Position numbers and translations under genes: made by a program. Of a DNA stretch of 37,841 bases, positions 17,905 to 27,949 are shown in pieces. The stretch's first letter is position 1. Each line of letters starts with the position of its first letter. The stretch lies in contig CALKOM010000075.1 in assembly GCA_938091905.1 (NCBI GenBank), forward strand, positions 1-37,841. The letters are read 5' to 3'. This stretch comes from an uncultured Verrucomicrobiales bacterium. GTDB taxonomy: Bacteria > Verrucomicrobiota > Verrucomicrobiia > Verrucomicrobiales > DEV007. Below the pieces are notes generated by a model. The model saw only the letters and a list, made by a program, of their open reading frames with translations, did no database searches and was not told the DNA's origin.

Positions 17905-20900
17905 TTAGGTATTCGTTCGTCGAACGTCGCAGTTTCTGACGTTGAATCTTTCAACCAGCCGAAGCAACGTCACCAAGAGACAGGGCAGAAAGGTTAGGGT
18001 CACAAGCGCTGTGAAAGCGAGGCCGAAAAGGACGATGGCGCCGAGGCCGCGGTAGAGCTCGGTTCCCGCTCCTGATAGGAACACCAGGGGTGATAGACCC
18101 ATGAGTGTGGTGGCGGTGGTCATGAGTACAGGACGTAGGCGCATGGCGAGGGCATCCTTCACGGCCGTGATAGCGTCGAGGCCTTTGTCGCGGAAGTTTC
18201 GCATGGTGCGATCGACGATGAGGATGGGATTATTTACCGCCGTGCCTAACAAGACCAGAAAGCCTAGCATAGTAATAATGTCGAAGGGTTGCTGGATGAC
18301 GTCCATGCCGAAGCGAGGGAGGAAGCCGCCGCCGAAATTGAGTAGCCATAGCCCGACGATACCTCCGCCGATTCCCAGGGGGACTGTTAGGAGGATGAGG
18401 AAGGGGTAGCCCCAGTGGCGGTAGATGATGACGAGTTGCAGGTAGCAGAGCACGACGGCGATCCAGAGGTTCTGGCCGAGCGAGGTTCGTGTGGCGTCGA
18501 GTTGATCGCTTGCACCTGTGAGATCGATGGTGACGCCTGGAGGGAGGCGGCCTTCGCTGCGCATGGGTCGAATGATTTCGTTGCGAACTTGTTCGACAGC
18601 GGTCTCCAAAGCAATGGATCGCGGGGGGATGACGTAGAGGGTGACGGTGCGTTGGGCGTCGACACGGCGGATGTCGGCGGCGTCAACGGTTTCTTCAATC
18701 TTGGCGATCGAGCCTAACGGAATAACGGTTCCTTGAGGTGAGTAGATGGGTAGCGTTTCAAGGCGGTCGAGGGATTGGGCGTTGCCGACGTCGCTGTAGA
18801 GGAAAATGTCGATCTTGTCGTCGCCTGTGTAGAACTCGTCGACGAAGGCGCCGTCGCTCATGGCCGCGGCAGCGAAGCCGAACTCTTGCGTGCTAAATCC
18901 GAGTTCGCGGAGGCGTTCCCAATTGGGTTGAATCTCGAGCAGCGGTTGACCAAGAACGAGTGAACCAGGATCGGAATCGATCTGCGCGCCCTCGATGAGG
19001 ACTTCGGCTTCCCGATAAACTTCCTGCGCCGTCGCGTAAACTTCGGGCAGATCAGGGCCACTGATATCAAGCGCCACAGCACGGGTGCCGCCGTCGTTGC
19101 TGGAAATGATAGAGCCGCGCGAAGAGAAGGCGCGCATACCAGGGTAGGCTCTATAGCGGCGGTTGATCAGTTCCATGTATTCATCGATATGATCGTAATC
19201 TTTGGTCACGGCGATGGTGAACACTGAGCCGGCCGAGACGATGATGTCCACCCGATCGAGCGCGGGCACTTCGGTCTCGCCGCGTTCGAATTTCTCTGGT
19301 TCTTCATCGAGGGCGGGGAGCAGACCGGCCTCGATTTCTTTGGCGATGCGGTCCATTTCTTTCAGCGTGTAACCGGGCGGCGCGGTCATGCCGGAGAAGG
19401 CTTTGGCTTCCTCGCCTTCGGGCAGGTATTCGGCAGGCGGCGTGAGCCAGATGAAGATGGAGGCGACGGCAGCGAGCGTGGCGGCGATGCAAAGAGGACG
19501 GCCTAGAGGAGAAGCTAACAGTTTCTGTAAGAGGCGGAGCAGACGCGATGGTTTGGGCGACTGGGAAGTAGCTTTCTTCTTTCTGCCTGGCAGATTCGCT
19601 GAGGCGACCGGCACGACTGCAATGGCGACGATCATGGAGACGATGATCGAGGAGGAGATGGCGATGCCGATGTCGGAGAAGAGTTGGCCGGCTTCCTCAC
19701 GGATGAACAAGATAGGCAGGAAGACGAGGACGGTGGTCATGGTGCCTGACAAGACGGCGGACCAGACATTCTTCACGCCATCACGTGCGGCCTCAAAGGC
19801 GCGTTTCCCAGCTTGTCTTTCCTGGGCGATGCTTTCAAGGACGACGATCGTGTTGTCGATCGTCATGCCGATGGCGAAGGCGATCCCCGCTAGTGAAATG
19901 ACGTTGATCGTGCGTCCGAGCAGGAGCAGTCCGATGAATCCTGCCACAATGCAAATGGGCATGCCTAACATGCCAATTAAGGTAGCGGAGCCGGACCGGA
20001 GAAAGAGAAACATCACGAGGGCGGCGAGGGCGGCGCCGAGGATGATGTTCTGGACAACGTTGCGGACTGAGGCTTCGACATAGGCGACGTCATCGCTACT
20101 CAAGGACATTTCCAGACCGGCGGGATTCAGGACGTCTTCGTTGAGCTGCTCGACGAGTGGGAGGATCTTCTTCTTGATTTCGATGACGTTCGATCCGGTT
20201 TGGCGAACGACGCTTACCCAGATATTCGGGGCACCGTTGGAGTAATTGTGGCGACGTGTTTCAGCATGATCGAGCTTCACGGTGGCCACGTCTTTCAGAC
20301 GCGTGATGGCGTCGCCACGTCGCACAACAATCAAGTCGCGGAGGTCGTCGAGGTCTTTGAAACGGCCGACCGTGCGCATGAGGTAACGCCGTTTGCCACT
20401 GTCCAGATCGCCGGCGGAGATGTCAGTATTGCGCTGGCGAATGGCCGTGCGCAATTGTGTGAGTGAAATGTCACGCTCGGCCAATCTCGCAGGGTCGACT
20501 TCGATGCGGATTTGGCGTGCCGCGCCGCCGCTGATTCTGACCCGGGAGACGCCTTCGACGCGCTCCATGGGTGGCCGGATATCGTCGGCAATGAAGTCCC
20601 GCATCATTTCTAAATCAATGCCCTTTGGATTTCCCGGCAGGGGCACGGTGCGGAAATAGAGAAACGGCGCGTAGGAGAAAGAACTGGTGCGAATGATAGG
20701 CTCATCCACGTTCTCCGGATAGGATGGCACCTGGCTGAGGGCGTTGTTGACCTCAATGAGCGCTTTCTGAGTGTCGGTTCCGTAGGGAAACTCGAGCTCG
20801 ATTTCTGCTCGGCCGGTAGTGGCTACCGAGGTCATCCGTTGTAGGTTTGGCAGGGTGCGGAGGTAGAGCTCCTGCTCGATGAGGATCTCTTTCTCGATGT

Positions 20901-21066
20901 CTTGTGGCGTGGCTCCGGGCCAGGCGGTGTCGACGGAAATGATACGTGTTTCCAGATCAGGAATCATCTGCACGGGCACCCGAGTGGCCGCCACGATGCC
21001 TAACAGAAGAATCATCGCCACGACGACCGCGACGAGGGTGCCTCGTTTTAAGAGCGCGTCGATCAT
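17905..21066 (-). CDS. RND efflux permease (AcrB/AcrD/AcrF family)
   Basis: 1053 aa; PGATPQDIE, INVISLAGIAFAIGMTIDNTIVVLE, GTAVNNPILIVD, RLRPVLMTTATT. Confidence 0.96.
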   Translation of the reverse strand: MIDALLKRGTLVAVVVAMILLLGIVAATRVPVQMIPDLETRIISVDTAWPGATPQDIEKEILIEQELYLRTLPNLQRMTSVATTGRAEIELEFPYGTDTQKALIEVNNALSQVPSYPENVDEPIIRTSSFSYAPFLYFRTVPLPGNPKGIDLEMMRDFIADDIRPPMERVEGVSRVRISGGAARQIRIEVDPARLAERDISLTQLRTAIRQRNTDISAGDLDSGKRRYLMRTVGRFKDLDDLRDLIVVRRGDAITRLKDVATVKLDHAETRRHNYSNGAPNIWVSVVRQTGSNVIEIKKKILPLVEQLNEDVLNPAGLEMSLSSDDVAYVEASVRNVVQNIILGAALAALVMFLFLRSGSATLIGMLGMPICIVAGFIGLLLLGRTINVISLAGIAFAIGMTIDNTIVVLESIAQERQAGKRAFEAARDGVKNVWSAVLSGTMTTVLVFLPILFIREEAGQLFSDIGIAISSSIIVSMIVAIAVVPVASANLPGRKKKATSQSPKPSRLLRLLQKLLASPLGRPLCIAATLAAVASIFIWLTPPAEYLPEGEEAKAFSGMTAPPGYTLKEMDRIAKEIEAGLLPALDEEPEKFERGETEVPALDRVDIIVSAGSVFTIAVTKDYDHIDEYMELINRRYRAYPGMRAFSSRGSIISSNDGGTRAVALDISGPDLPEVYATAQEVYREAEVLIEGAQIDSDPGSLVLGQPLLEIQPNWERLRELGFSTQEFGFAAAAMSDGAFVDEFYTGDDKIDIFLYSDVGNAQSLDRLETLPIYSPQGTVIPLGSIAKIEETVDAADIRRVDAQRTVTLYVIPPRSIALETAVEQVRNEIIRPMRSEGRLPPGVTIDLTGASDQLDATRTSLGQNLWIAVVLCYLQLVIIYRHWGYPFLILLTVPLGIGGGIVGLWLLNFGGGFLPRFGMDVIQQPFDIITMLGFLVLLGTAVNNPILIVDRTMRNFRDKGLDAITAVKDALAMRLRPVLMTTATTLMGLSPLVFLSGAGTELYRGLGAIVLFGLAFTALVTLTFLPCLLVTLLRLVERFNVRNCDVRRTNT

Positions 21067-22199
21067 CGTAAGGTCGACTCACTCGCCGGGTCGTGTTGCT
21101 GTACTGAAACCGTCTGGCCTTCAGTGAGTCCCTCGTTTCCGCGCACCACGACCTTCTCTCCTCCTTGCAAGCCTTCGATCACTTCGACCACTTTGCCCAA
21201 GCTGCCTGCCGTGCGAATGGTCACCGGGCGAACCGTCGTTTGGGCGTTGGTTTCGGTCACTATCCAAACGGTAGCGGTGCCATCTGCTGTGCGCACCACC
21301 GCATCACGCGGCACGACGGTCGCCGATTCATTGCGTGGGCGATAGAAGAGGGTTGCGCTGCCGGACATGCCTGGCGAAGCGAGCTTTTCGCCATCTTTGA
21401 AAGTCAGCCGAGTGAGAAAGGTGCGCGAGACGGGATCTTTCACTGGCACAATCATTTCGACCTCGGCTTCCAAGGCACGACCCGGATAGGAGTCCAAGGT
21501 CACCTCGGCCCTTTCCGCGCCACGTATGGCGGCGACGAATTCCTGGGCGATCTGCAGGTCGAACCACAAGGCTTCCGTTTCCACCAATTCAAGAACCATC
21601 GTGCCCGTGTCCACCCATTCGCCCGACTCGGTCGCTTTCCTTGCGATGATTCCAGAGAACGGCGCCACCAGCTGATGCCGCTCGATCCGTTCTTGCGCCT
21701 GTTGTTCCTTCACTTTGAGAACCTTCAAATCGGCTTCGCTGATCGCCGCGCTGGCTTGCAAGGTTCCCGCTTCTGTCTTGGCAAAGGCGCCATCGTCGAT
21801 CAGCTCTTTCACTTCGTCGAAACGCCGAATGGCATCCTTGCGCTGAATTTCCGCCGTTTCAATCTGCGCACGGACTAGTTCGAGTTCGATCTCTGCCAGT
21901 CTAGAATCCATCCGTAGCAGCGTGTCGCCCTTCTCCACCTCATCACCCGCGTCGACTTTGACCGATTCCACCAAACCGACCAAGCGCGGTGACAAACGCG
22001 CGCGCCGCTGCGAGGATACCGTGCCGGTCAGTCTGATTTCCTCCACCACCTCGTCTGACCGCAAGACGGTCATGACCTCGACCGGGACAGCGCGCTCTTC
22101 ATCTGCGAAGGCCAGGCCCACGAGGGCGAGCAGAATAGGCACCGTTGGCCGACACAGCGGGAATGGGTGGGCAACGGCTTGAGATCGAGGCATGCTCAT
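21063..22199 (-). CDS. RND periplasmic adaptor (membrane fusion protein)
   Basis: Lipoyl half-motifs VESVKVDAGDEVEKGDTL and LVAPFSG, PGMSG, VPRDAV, GLQGGEKVVVRG; overlaps the permease start. Start at 22199 or 22193. Confidence 0.93.
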   Translation of the reverse strand: MSMPRSQAVAHPFPLCRPTVPILLALVGLAFADEERAVPVEVMTVLRSDEVVEEIRLTGTVSSQRRARLSPRLVGLVESVKVDAGDEVEKGDTLLRMDSRLAEIELELVRAQIETAEIQRKDAIRRFDEVKELIDDGAFAKTEAGTLQASAAISEADLKVLKVKEQQAQERIERHQLVAPFSGIIARKATESGEWVDTGTMVLELVETEALWFDLQIAQEFVAAIRGAERAEVTLDSYPGRALEAEVEMIVPVKDPVSRTFLTRLTFKDGEKLASPGMSGSATLFYRPRNESATVVPRDAVVRTADGTATVWIVTETNAQTTVRPVTIRTAGSLGKVVEVIEGLQGGEKVVVRGNEGLTEGQTVSVQQHDPASESTLR

Positions 22200-22283
22200 G
22201 GATAAAAGTTGATCTCCTGCTCGGCAAGACGCAACGATCCCTGTCTTGCACCACCATCGATCCATAATCCCTCTTTTACGAGC

Positions 22284-23672
22284 ATGAAGCCGTCTTCTAC
22301 CATACATGCGGCTCTGATCGCGACTCTATTGGTAGGCTGCCAGATGACGCCCGACCTGCGGATGCCTGAGGCGGCCAACCCAGCGGCCTTCAAAGACCAG
22401 AGTCAAGGTGCAGGGGAAGCGCTGCGGCCAGATTGGTGGCAGGGCTTTCAAGACAGTGAATTAAACCAACTCATCAAGCACATCGACGGTGGCAATCTTG
22501 AACTGCAGATGGCCGTGGCGCGTGCTGATCAGGCTTACGCCGCATTGGGCTTCGTGCGTGCCGAACGTTATCCCTCCCTGGATGGCCGAGGCTCCGTGCA
22601 ACGACGACGACGCTCCGGCGATGATCGTGGTGGATTCTCTTCCAATCCCTCGACCGAGTACCGCGGTGGGCTGGCGTTCGGGTGGGAAATCGATCTCTGG
22701 GGGCGGGTGCGAAAGCTCGTGGAGGCCGGCCAAGCGGAAGCGACCGCTGCGGACGCGCTTACTGAAGATGTCCGACTCGCGCTTCGCGGTCTGCTCGCAC
22801 GCAACTACTTCGCTCTGCGGACGCTCGATCAGGAGCGCCTAGTGTTAGAAGAAGCCGTCGTCACTCGCGAGGACAACTTGAAGTTCGCGCAGAGGCGCTT
22901 TGCCGCTGGAATCACGCCGGAACTCGATGTCGCGAGAGCCGACACTGAACTCGCGACCACACGGTCGGAGCTGGCTAGCTTGCATGGGCCAAGGACACGT
23001 CTGGAGAATGCCATCGCTGTGCTCACTGGTCGTGCCCCCTCTGATTTCCAGTTGGCGGCGCGTGCCTTCGACGCACGGCTTCCCATGATCCGTGCCGGGG
23101 TTCCCATGGAGATGTTGGCGGCCCGTCCTGACGTCGCCGCTGCCAAGGCCGAACTCGTGGCTGCCTACGCCCGAATCGGTGTAGCCCGTGCGGAGTATTT
23201 CCCGCAGGTGACTCTGATTGGAAGCGGAGGGTATTCTAACATAAAATCGAGTGACTTCCTGAAATGGAGCAGTCGAACGTTTGCCATCGGTCCGGAAGTC
23301 ACCCTGCCGATTTTTCAAGGCGGCCGCCTTCGGGCGAACGAGAAACGAGCCCGGGCTGAGTTTGCGGAAGCAGTGGCGCAGTACCGCCAGGCCGTTATCA
23401 ATGCCCTGCGCGAGGTAGAGAATGCCTTGGCCGATTTGACCGCGGCGCGCGATCAGACGGGTGCCCAGAATCGGGCGGTCAAGGCGGCTGGCCGGGCCTT
23501 GGAGCTTTCCAGTAAGCGCTACCGGGCCGGACTCGTCAGTTCTCTTGAAGTTGTCGATGCAGTGCGGGAACAGCTCGATGCCAAGCGCCGCTCCGTGCAA
23601 ATTCGCGGCCAGCAATTCGAAGCCACGGTGCAATTGATTCAGGGCCTTGGCGGCGGTCTCTCCATCCGATAA
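22284..23672 (+). CDS. RND outer-membrane factor lipoprotein (OprM/NodT/TolC family)
   Basis: Lipobox LLVGC after ATG 22284; WWQGFQDSELNQLI, WEIDLWGR, RPDVAAA, PIFQGG, LIQGLGGG. Confidence 0.95.
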   Translation: MKPSSTIHAALIATLLVGCQMTPDLRMPEAANPAAFKDQSQGAGEALRPDWWQGFQDSELNQLIKHIDGGNLELQMAVARADQAYAALGFVRAERYPSLDGRGSVQRRRRSGDDRGGFSSNPSTEYRGGLAFGWEIDLWGRVRKLVEAGQAEATAADALTEDVRLALRGLLARNYFALRTLDQERLVLEEAVVTREDNLKFAQRRFAAGITPELDVARADTELATTRSELASLHGPRTRLENAIAVLTGRAPSDFQLAARAFDARLPMIRAGVPMEMLAARPDVAAAKAELVAAYARIGVARAEYFPQVTLIGSGGYSNIKSSDFLKWSSRTFAIGPEVTLPIFQGGRLRANEKRARAEFAEAVAQYRQAVINALREVENALADLTAARDQTGAQNRAVKAAGRALELSSKRYRAGLVSSLEVVDAVREQLDAKRRSVQIRGQQFEATVQLIQGLGGGLSIR

Positions 23673-23697
23673 CAAGAACCCAACCGAGTCAAAGCAG

Positions 23698-26262
23698 TTA
23701 ATTCCGTCTGAATAGATCGCTCTTAACAATCAGAACGATCAGGTCTCTTAAACCTTCGCCCTGATTTCGGAGATCACCTGCAATGCGGTCAATCTCCGAG
23801 CGGTCGCCAAACGTTAACGGACGGCCCAGTGCATAGGCCGCCATCTTGTGGGCGAGCCCACGCGCAAACTGTTCCTGCCGATTGCTCAAGAGATAGTCCT
23901 TCAATCCCTGGATGCCATGCAGCTCATGTTTGTTGAACAGCTTGCTTGTCGCATCAACCGGCGACTTGCCAATCTTATCGCGCCATCGGCCGACCGCATC
24001 GAAGTTCTCAAAGGCAATGCCCCAAGGATCGATCTTTGCGTGGCACGAATGGCAGGCAGGATCGTTGCGGTGATCCTCCATGCGTTGTTTCAGCGTGAGC
24101 TTGAGGATTTCGGGATCTGCTAGATCGATCTCCGGCACCGCCGGTGGTGGCGGTGGTGGCGGATCATTGAGAATTCTCTCCAGCAACCAAATGCCACGCT
24201 TGAGTGGATGCGAATCCTTGCCATCCGAGTTCATTGCCAATAATCCCGCCTGGGTGAGGAGTCCGCCTCGTCGATGGCCCGGCAGCAGGTTGACCCGCTG
24301 CAACCCAACGCCCATGACCTCCGGCAATCTGTAATGCCGCGCTAACCGGTCGTTCACCATCGCGTAGTCAGCATGGAGAAAATCCATCACGCTGCGATTC
24401 TGCTCGAGCACGTGGCCAAAGAATGCGACCGGTTCGTCGCGCATGGCCTCCATGAGAATGGGATCGAACTTTCCGTGGGCCTTGGCATCCACTTTTAAAA
24501 AATCTAGCAGTTCCATGCCCAGCCACTGTCGCGTGAAGTGCTTGGCGAACCGTTGAGCTTTGGGATGATCTAACAGGCGCTGAATCTGCCCTTCCAGGAC
24601 TGCCGGGTCGTGCAGCTTACCCTCAGCGGCGAGGTTCAGAAGGTCGTCGTCCGGTGTACTGCTCCACAGGAAAAAGGTCAGACGGCTGGCCAGCTCGAAA
24701 TCCGAAATCCCCTGCCCGTCCTCTTGGCCTGCCCTCACAAGGTAGAGAAACTTTGGCGAGGATAGCACCGTGGCAAGCACTTCGATCATGGCCTCTTGAA
24801 AACTCTCACATTGCGGTCGCAGTTTGGCCAAGAGCGCCATCTTCTGGTCGAGTTCCGCTGCCATCGCTGGACGCCGCCAGGCGCGGCGCATGAATCTGTT
24901 GAGTATTTCGTGGGCGTAGGTTTCCTCATCCGCCTGGTTGACGCTCTCAAAGAAGATCCGTGTATGCGAGGCTGGTGGCCACTGATCGAAAGTCGGAGCA
25001 GTGACCTCAACGTAATCCATCTGCGCCGCCGCCTTCGAGCTTGAAATGTTTTGGAAATAAAGGAACTCCGCAGGGTTCGGTAGATCGCCGAGCTTGGTAA
25101 TGTGCCGGTAGGCATTGCGGGCGATCTCGCTGAGCCGCACGTCCCAGTGATAGAACGCCGGTTCGTCTGGTGAGGCGGTAACGGTAATGTCATTTTCGCC
25201 CGCGCGCACCGCGACACGGGAGTCGTTGCTCGCCTGGTTGCCGAAGAACAATCGCAACGTTGGCGGGTTCTTGTCCTCCGTGGAGTAGCGCGCGGCGCGA
25301 ATGCGTACCCGCATGTTGCCACTATCCGGCAAGCCATCGCCGACATCGATGATGTACTTCGCGTTCTTCGGAATCACCACAATGTCAGGCGACACCGGCG
25401 GCAACTCCGGTTTGGTTAGGGTCGGCGTCCACGCATACTTGGCGCCACCATAACTCCACCTGGGACCAATGCCCTGGCCGGTCACGAGATCGCGAAAATG
25501 CAGCCCTTTGTGATCGCGCGGGAATTTCTCGCCCTGTTGCTCAAAAGCGTCCTCAACCGCGAGCCCTTCCTCCGCGATCCTCTGCCGCGTTCCTTCGACG
25601 TTGGCCGTGTACTTTGGATTGATCGCTTGGGCCGCCTCCCTCATCGAGATGCCATAGTAGACGGGCTCAGGTTGTTCACCACGCACCGTCGCCAGCTTCA
25701 GCGCCTTCCGCGCCAGCTGTCGGTATTGCTCAAACTGGACCACAGTCATTTGCAGCATCTCAGAACTGTTTTGAAAGCCATCCTCCGACGCCGTCTCGGG
25801 TGGCAAATCACGCGAGAGGTCATGCGGCAAGCCTAACAAATCCTGCAGCGTATACTTATACTCATAACGCGTCATCCTTCGAAACGACGTGTTCCCCTGC
25901 TCACTTCGTCGCACCTGCGACGCTCGCTGAATTTCGCCCGCCAACCAATCGACCAACTGCGACTTCTCGATGTCCAGGAGCGGCTCGTCGGCATCCTCAG
26001 GCGGCATCTCGCCATTACTGATCACATCAAACACTTCCAGCCACCAACTGGTATCGTTTCCCGTCACCAGATCAGGATCCAACGTGTCTAAGCGAAATTT
26101 CCCTTTCTGTTTGTCCGGTCCATGGCACCCCACACAGACCCGCTTGAGCACCGGCTCCATCTCTCCGTGGAATGCAGCCATCCGAGCCTCAGGTTCCTCC
26201 TCGGCGGCGGCCAAGTTGGCGACTGCGAAAACAGTCGCGATGATCGAGTAATAGCGCTTCAT
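23698..26262 (-). CDS. DUF1592/DUF1588 (PSD-domain) cytochrome c protein
   Basis: Signal peptide from ATG 26262, CVGCH...GEMPP, RRMTRYEYKYTLQDL, FMRRAWRRP, ELASRLTFFLWSSTPDD, HPLKRGIW, CHSCHAKIDPWG, YALGRP. Confidence 0.93.
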   Translation of the reverse strand: MKRYYSIIATVFAVANLAAAEEEPEARMAAFHGEMEPVLKRVCVGCHGPDKQKGKFRLDTLDPDLVTGNDTSWWLEVFDVISNGEMPPEDADEPLLDIEKSQLVDWLAGEIQRASQVRRSEQGNTSFRRMTRYEYKYTLQDLLGLPHDLSRDLPPETASEDGFQNSSEMLQMTVVQFEQYRQLARKALKLATVRGEQPEPVYYGISMREAAQAINPKYTANVEGTRQRIAEEGLAVEDAFEQQGEKFPRDHKGLHFRDLVTGQGIGPRWSYGGAKYAWTPTLTKPELPPVSPDIVVIPKNAKYIIDVGDGLPDSGNMRVRIRAARYSTEDKNPPTLRLFFGNQASNDSRVAVRAGENDITVTASPDEPAFYHWDVRLSEIARNAYRHITKLGDLPNPAEFLYFQNISSSKAAAQMDYVEVTAPTFDQWPPASHTRIFFESVNQADEETYAHEILNRFMRRAWRRPAMAAELDQKMALLAKLRPQCESFQEAMIEVLATVLSSPKFLYLVRAGQEDGQGISDFELASRLTFFLWSSTPDDDLLNLAAEGKLHDPAVLEGQIQRLLDHPKAQRFAKHFTRQWLGMELLDFLKVDAKAHGKFDPILMEAMRDEPVAFFGHVLEQNRSVMDFLHADYAMVNDRLARHYRLPEVMGVGLQRVNLLPGHRRGGLLTQAGLLAMNSDGKDSHPLKRGIWLLERILNDPPPPPPPAVPEIDLADPEILKLTLKQRMEDHRNDPACHSCHAKIDPWGIAFENFDAVGRWRDKIGKSPVDATSKLFNKHELHGIQGLKDYLLSNRQEQFARGLAHKMAAYALGRPLTFGDRSEIDRIAGDLRNQGEGLRDLIVLIVKSDLFRRN

Positions 26263-26332
26263 GAGCACGAAGATCGATACCACAATCGTTGAAGTACGCG
26301 AGTCGATTTGCTGTACGATGAAGCTACACGCC

Positions 26333-27949
26333 ATGAATGAATCCAAGAACAACGCCAATGATGACGCCGCCCGAACAAAGAGAAGACAGCCTCAAGGCAC
26401 CGCACTGACGCGCTTGCTCAACACCGTGGAGTGGCTCGGGAATCTGCTTCCGCACCCCGTGACGCTGTTCGCCATCTTTACGCTGGGCATCCTCCTACTC
26501 TCGGGCCTGCTTGGAGCCTTCGATCTCAGCGTGCTCGATCCAAGACCTGAGGGTGCTGCAGGTCGCTCCGAAGACGGAAGAATCACGGCAATTAGTCTTC
26601 TTAATGCCGAAGGTTTGCGGCGGATCGTTGAGAACCTCGTCACCAATTTCACGGGATTCGTACCACTTGGAACCGTTCTTGTCGCCTTGCTCGGTGTTGG
26701 GGTCGCCGAGCACTCGGGACTGCTTGGCGCCGCCATTCGGGCGATGGTGCTCAAGGCATCGAAGAACACCGTGACGATGACGATCGTCTTTGGCGGAGTG
26801 CTTTCAAACACGGCCTCTGAGATGGGGTACGTGGTGCTGATACCACTAGCCGCTGTCGTGTTTCATTCCTTTGGAAGGCATCCGCTTGCGGGAGTCGCAG
26901 CGGCGTTCGCCGGCGTCTCCGGAGGCTATAGTGCAAACCTACTACTGGGTACCGTGGATCCACTGCTTGCGGGCATCACGCAGGAAGCAGCTCAACTCAT
27001 CGATCCGAGCTATATCGTCGATCCTTCAGCAAACTGGTATTTCATGATCGTGAGCACGTTCATGATCACCGCACTCGGCACTTGGATCACCACGTCCATC
27101 GTCGAGCCGAAGCTCGGTTCGTACGATCCGGCGAATGCATCGGGGAGCCTCTCCGAACAGAAACTTGAGCCGCTCGATCGCATTGAGAAGCGTGCGCTAC
27201 TCTGGGCGGCACTGGCGGGTCTTGCCGTCGCCACATTGATAGCCCTGACAGTTGTGCCATCGTGGGGGCCGCTTCGTAATCCCGAAACGGGCAAAGTCGC
27301 CAACTCTCCGTTTCTGCGTGGAATCGTGGCGCTCATCTTTGTGTTCTTCTTCGTCCCCGGTATCGTCTATGGCTGGGTTCGCGGAACGTTCAAATCAGAT
27401 CGCGATGTCATCAATGCGATGGCAACCGCCATGAGCACGCTCGGGCTTTACATTGTACTCGTGTTTTTCGCCGCCCAATTTGTCGCCTACTTCGGTTGGA
27501 CCAATCTAGGCGCGATTACTGCGGTCACGGGTGCCGACTTCCTAAGCTCGATAGGATTGACCGGACCGTTGATCTTTGTGCTCTTCATTCTGATGTGCGC
27601 GTTCATCAATCTGATGTTGGGTTCCGCCTCGGCGCAATGGGCTGTCACCGCACCCATCTTTGTTCCCATGCTGATGCTCATCGGCTACAGCCCGGAAGTC
27701 ATTCAGGCCGCGTATCGGATAGGTGACTCGACCACAAACATCATCACGCCGATGATGAGTTATTTCGGCTTGATACTCGCTTTCGTGACGCGCTACGAGA
27801 AGAATGCGGGGGTCGGCACGATGATTGCGATGATGCTTCCCTACTCCATCGCCTTCATGATTGGCTGGACTGTTCTCTTCTATCTCTGGGTATTCGTCTT
27901 CGGCCTGCCTGTGGGCCCGACTTCGCCGACTTACTATGATGGATCGTAG
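26333..27949 (+). CDS. abgT: AbgT family transporter
   Basis: VEWLGNLLPHPVTLF, NFTGFVPLG, GRHPLAG, VSGGYSANL, ANWYFM, QAAYRIGDSTTNIITP. Start at 26333 or 26318. Confidence 0.95.
   Translation: MNESKNNANDDAARTKRRQPQGTALTRLLNTVEWLGNLLPHPVTLFAIFTLGILLLSGLLGAFDLSVLDPRPEGAAGRSEDGRITAISLLNAEGLRRIVENLVTNFTGFVPLGTVLVALLGVGVAEHSGLLGAAIRAMVLKASKNTVTMTIVFGGVLSNTASEMGYVVLIPLAAVVFHSFGRHPLAGVAAAFAGVSGGYSANLLLGTVDPLLAGITQEAAQLIDPSYIVDPSANWYFMIVSTFMITALGTWITTSIVEPKLGSYDPANASGSLSEQKLEPLDRIEKRALLWAALAGLAVATLIALTVVPSWGPLRNPETGKVANSPFLRGIVALIFVFFFVPGIVYGWVRGTFKSDRDVINAMATAMSTLGLYIVLVFFAAQFVAYFGWTNLGAITAVTGADFLSSIGLTGPLIFVLFILMCAFINLMLGSASAQWAVTAPIFVPMLMLIGYSPEVIQAAYRIGDSTTNIITPMMSYFGLILAFVTRYEKNAGVGTMIAMMLPYSIAFMIGWTVLFYLWVFVFGLPVGPTSPTYYDGS

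Noticed and set aside
11780..23729. Long antisense or alternative-frame ORFs (e.g. 11780-12622, 12868-13665, 19388-20083, 21165-21878, 22845-23729)
   Set aside because: They are shadow ORFs of well-supported genes in GC-rich DNA and show no recognisable motifs.
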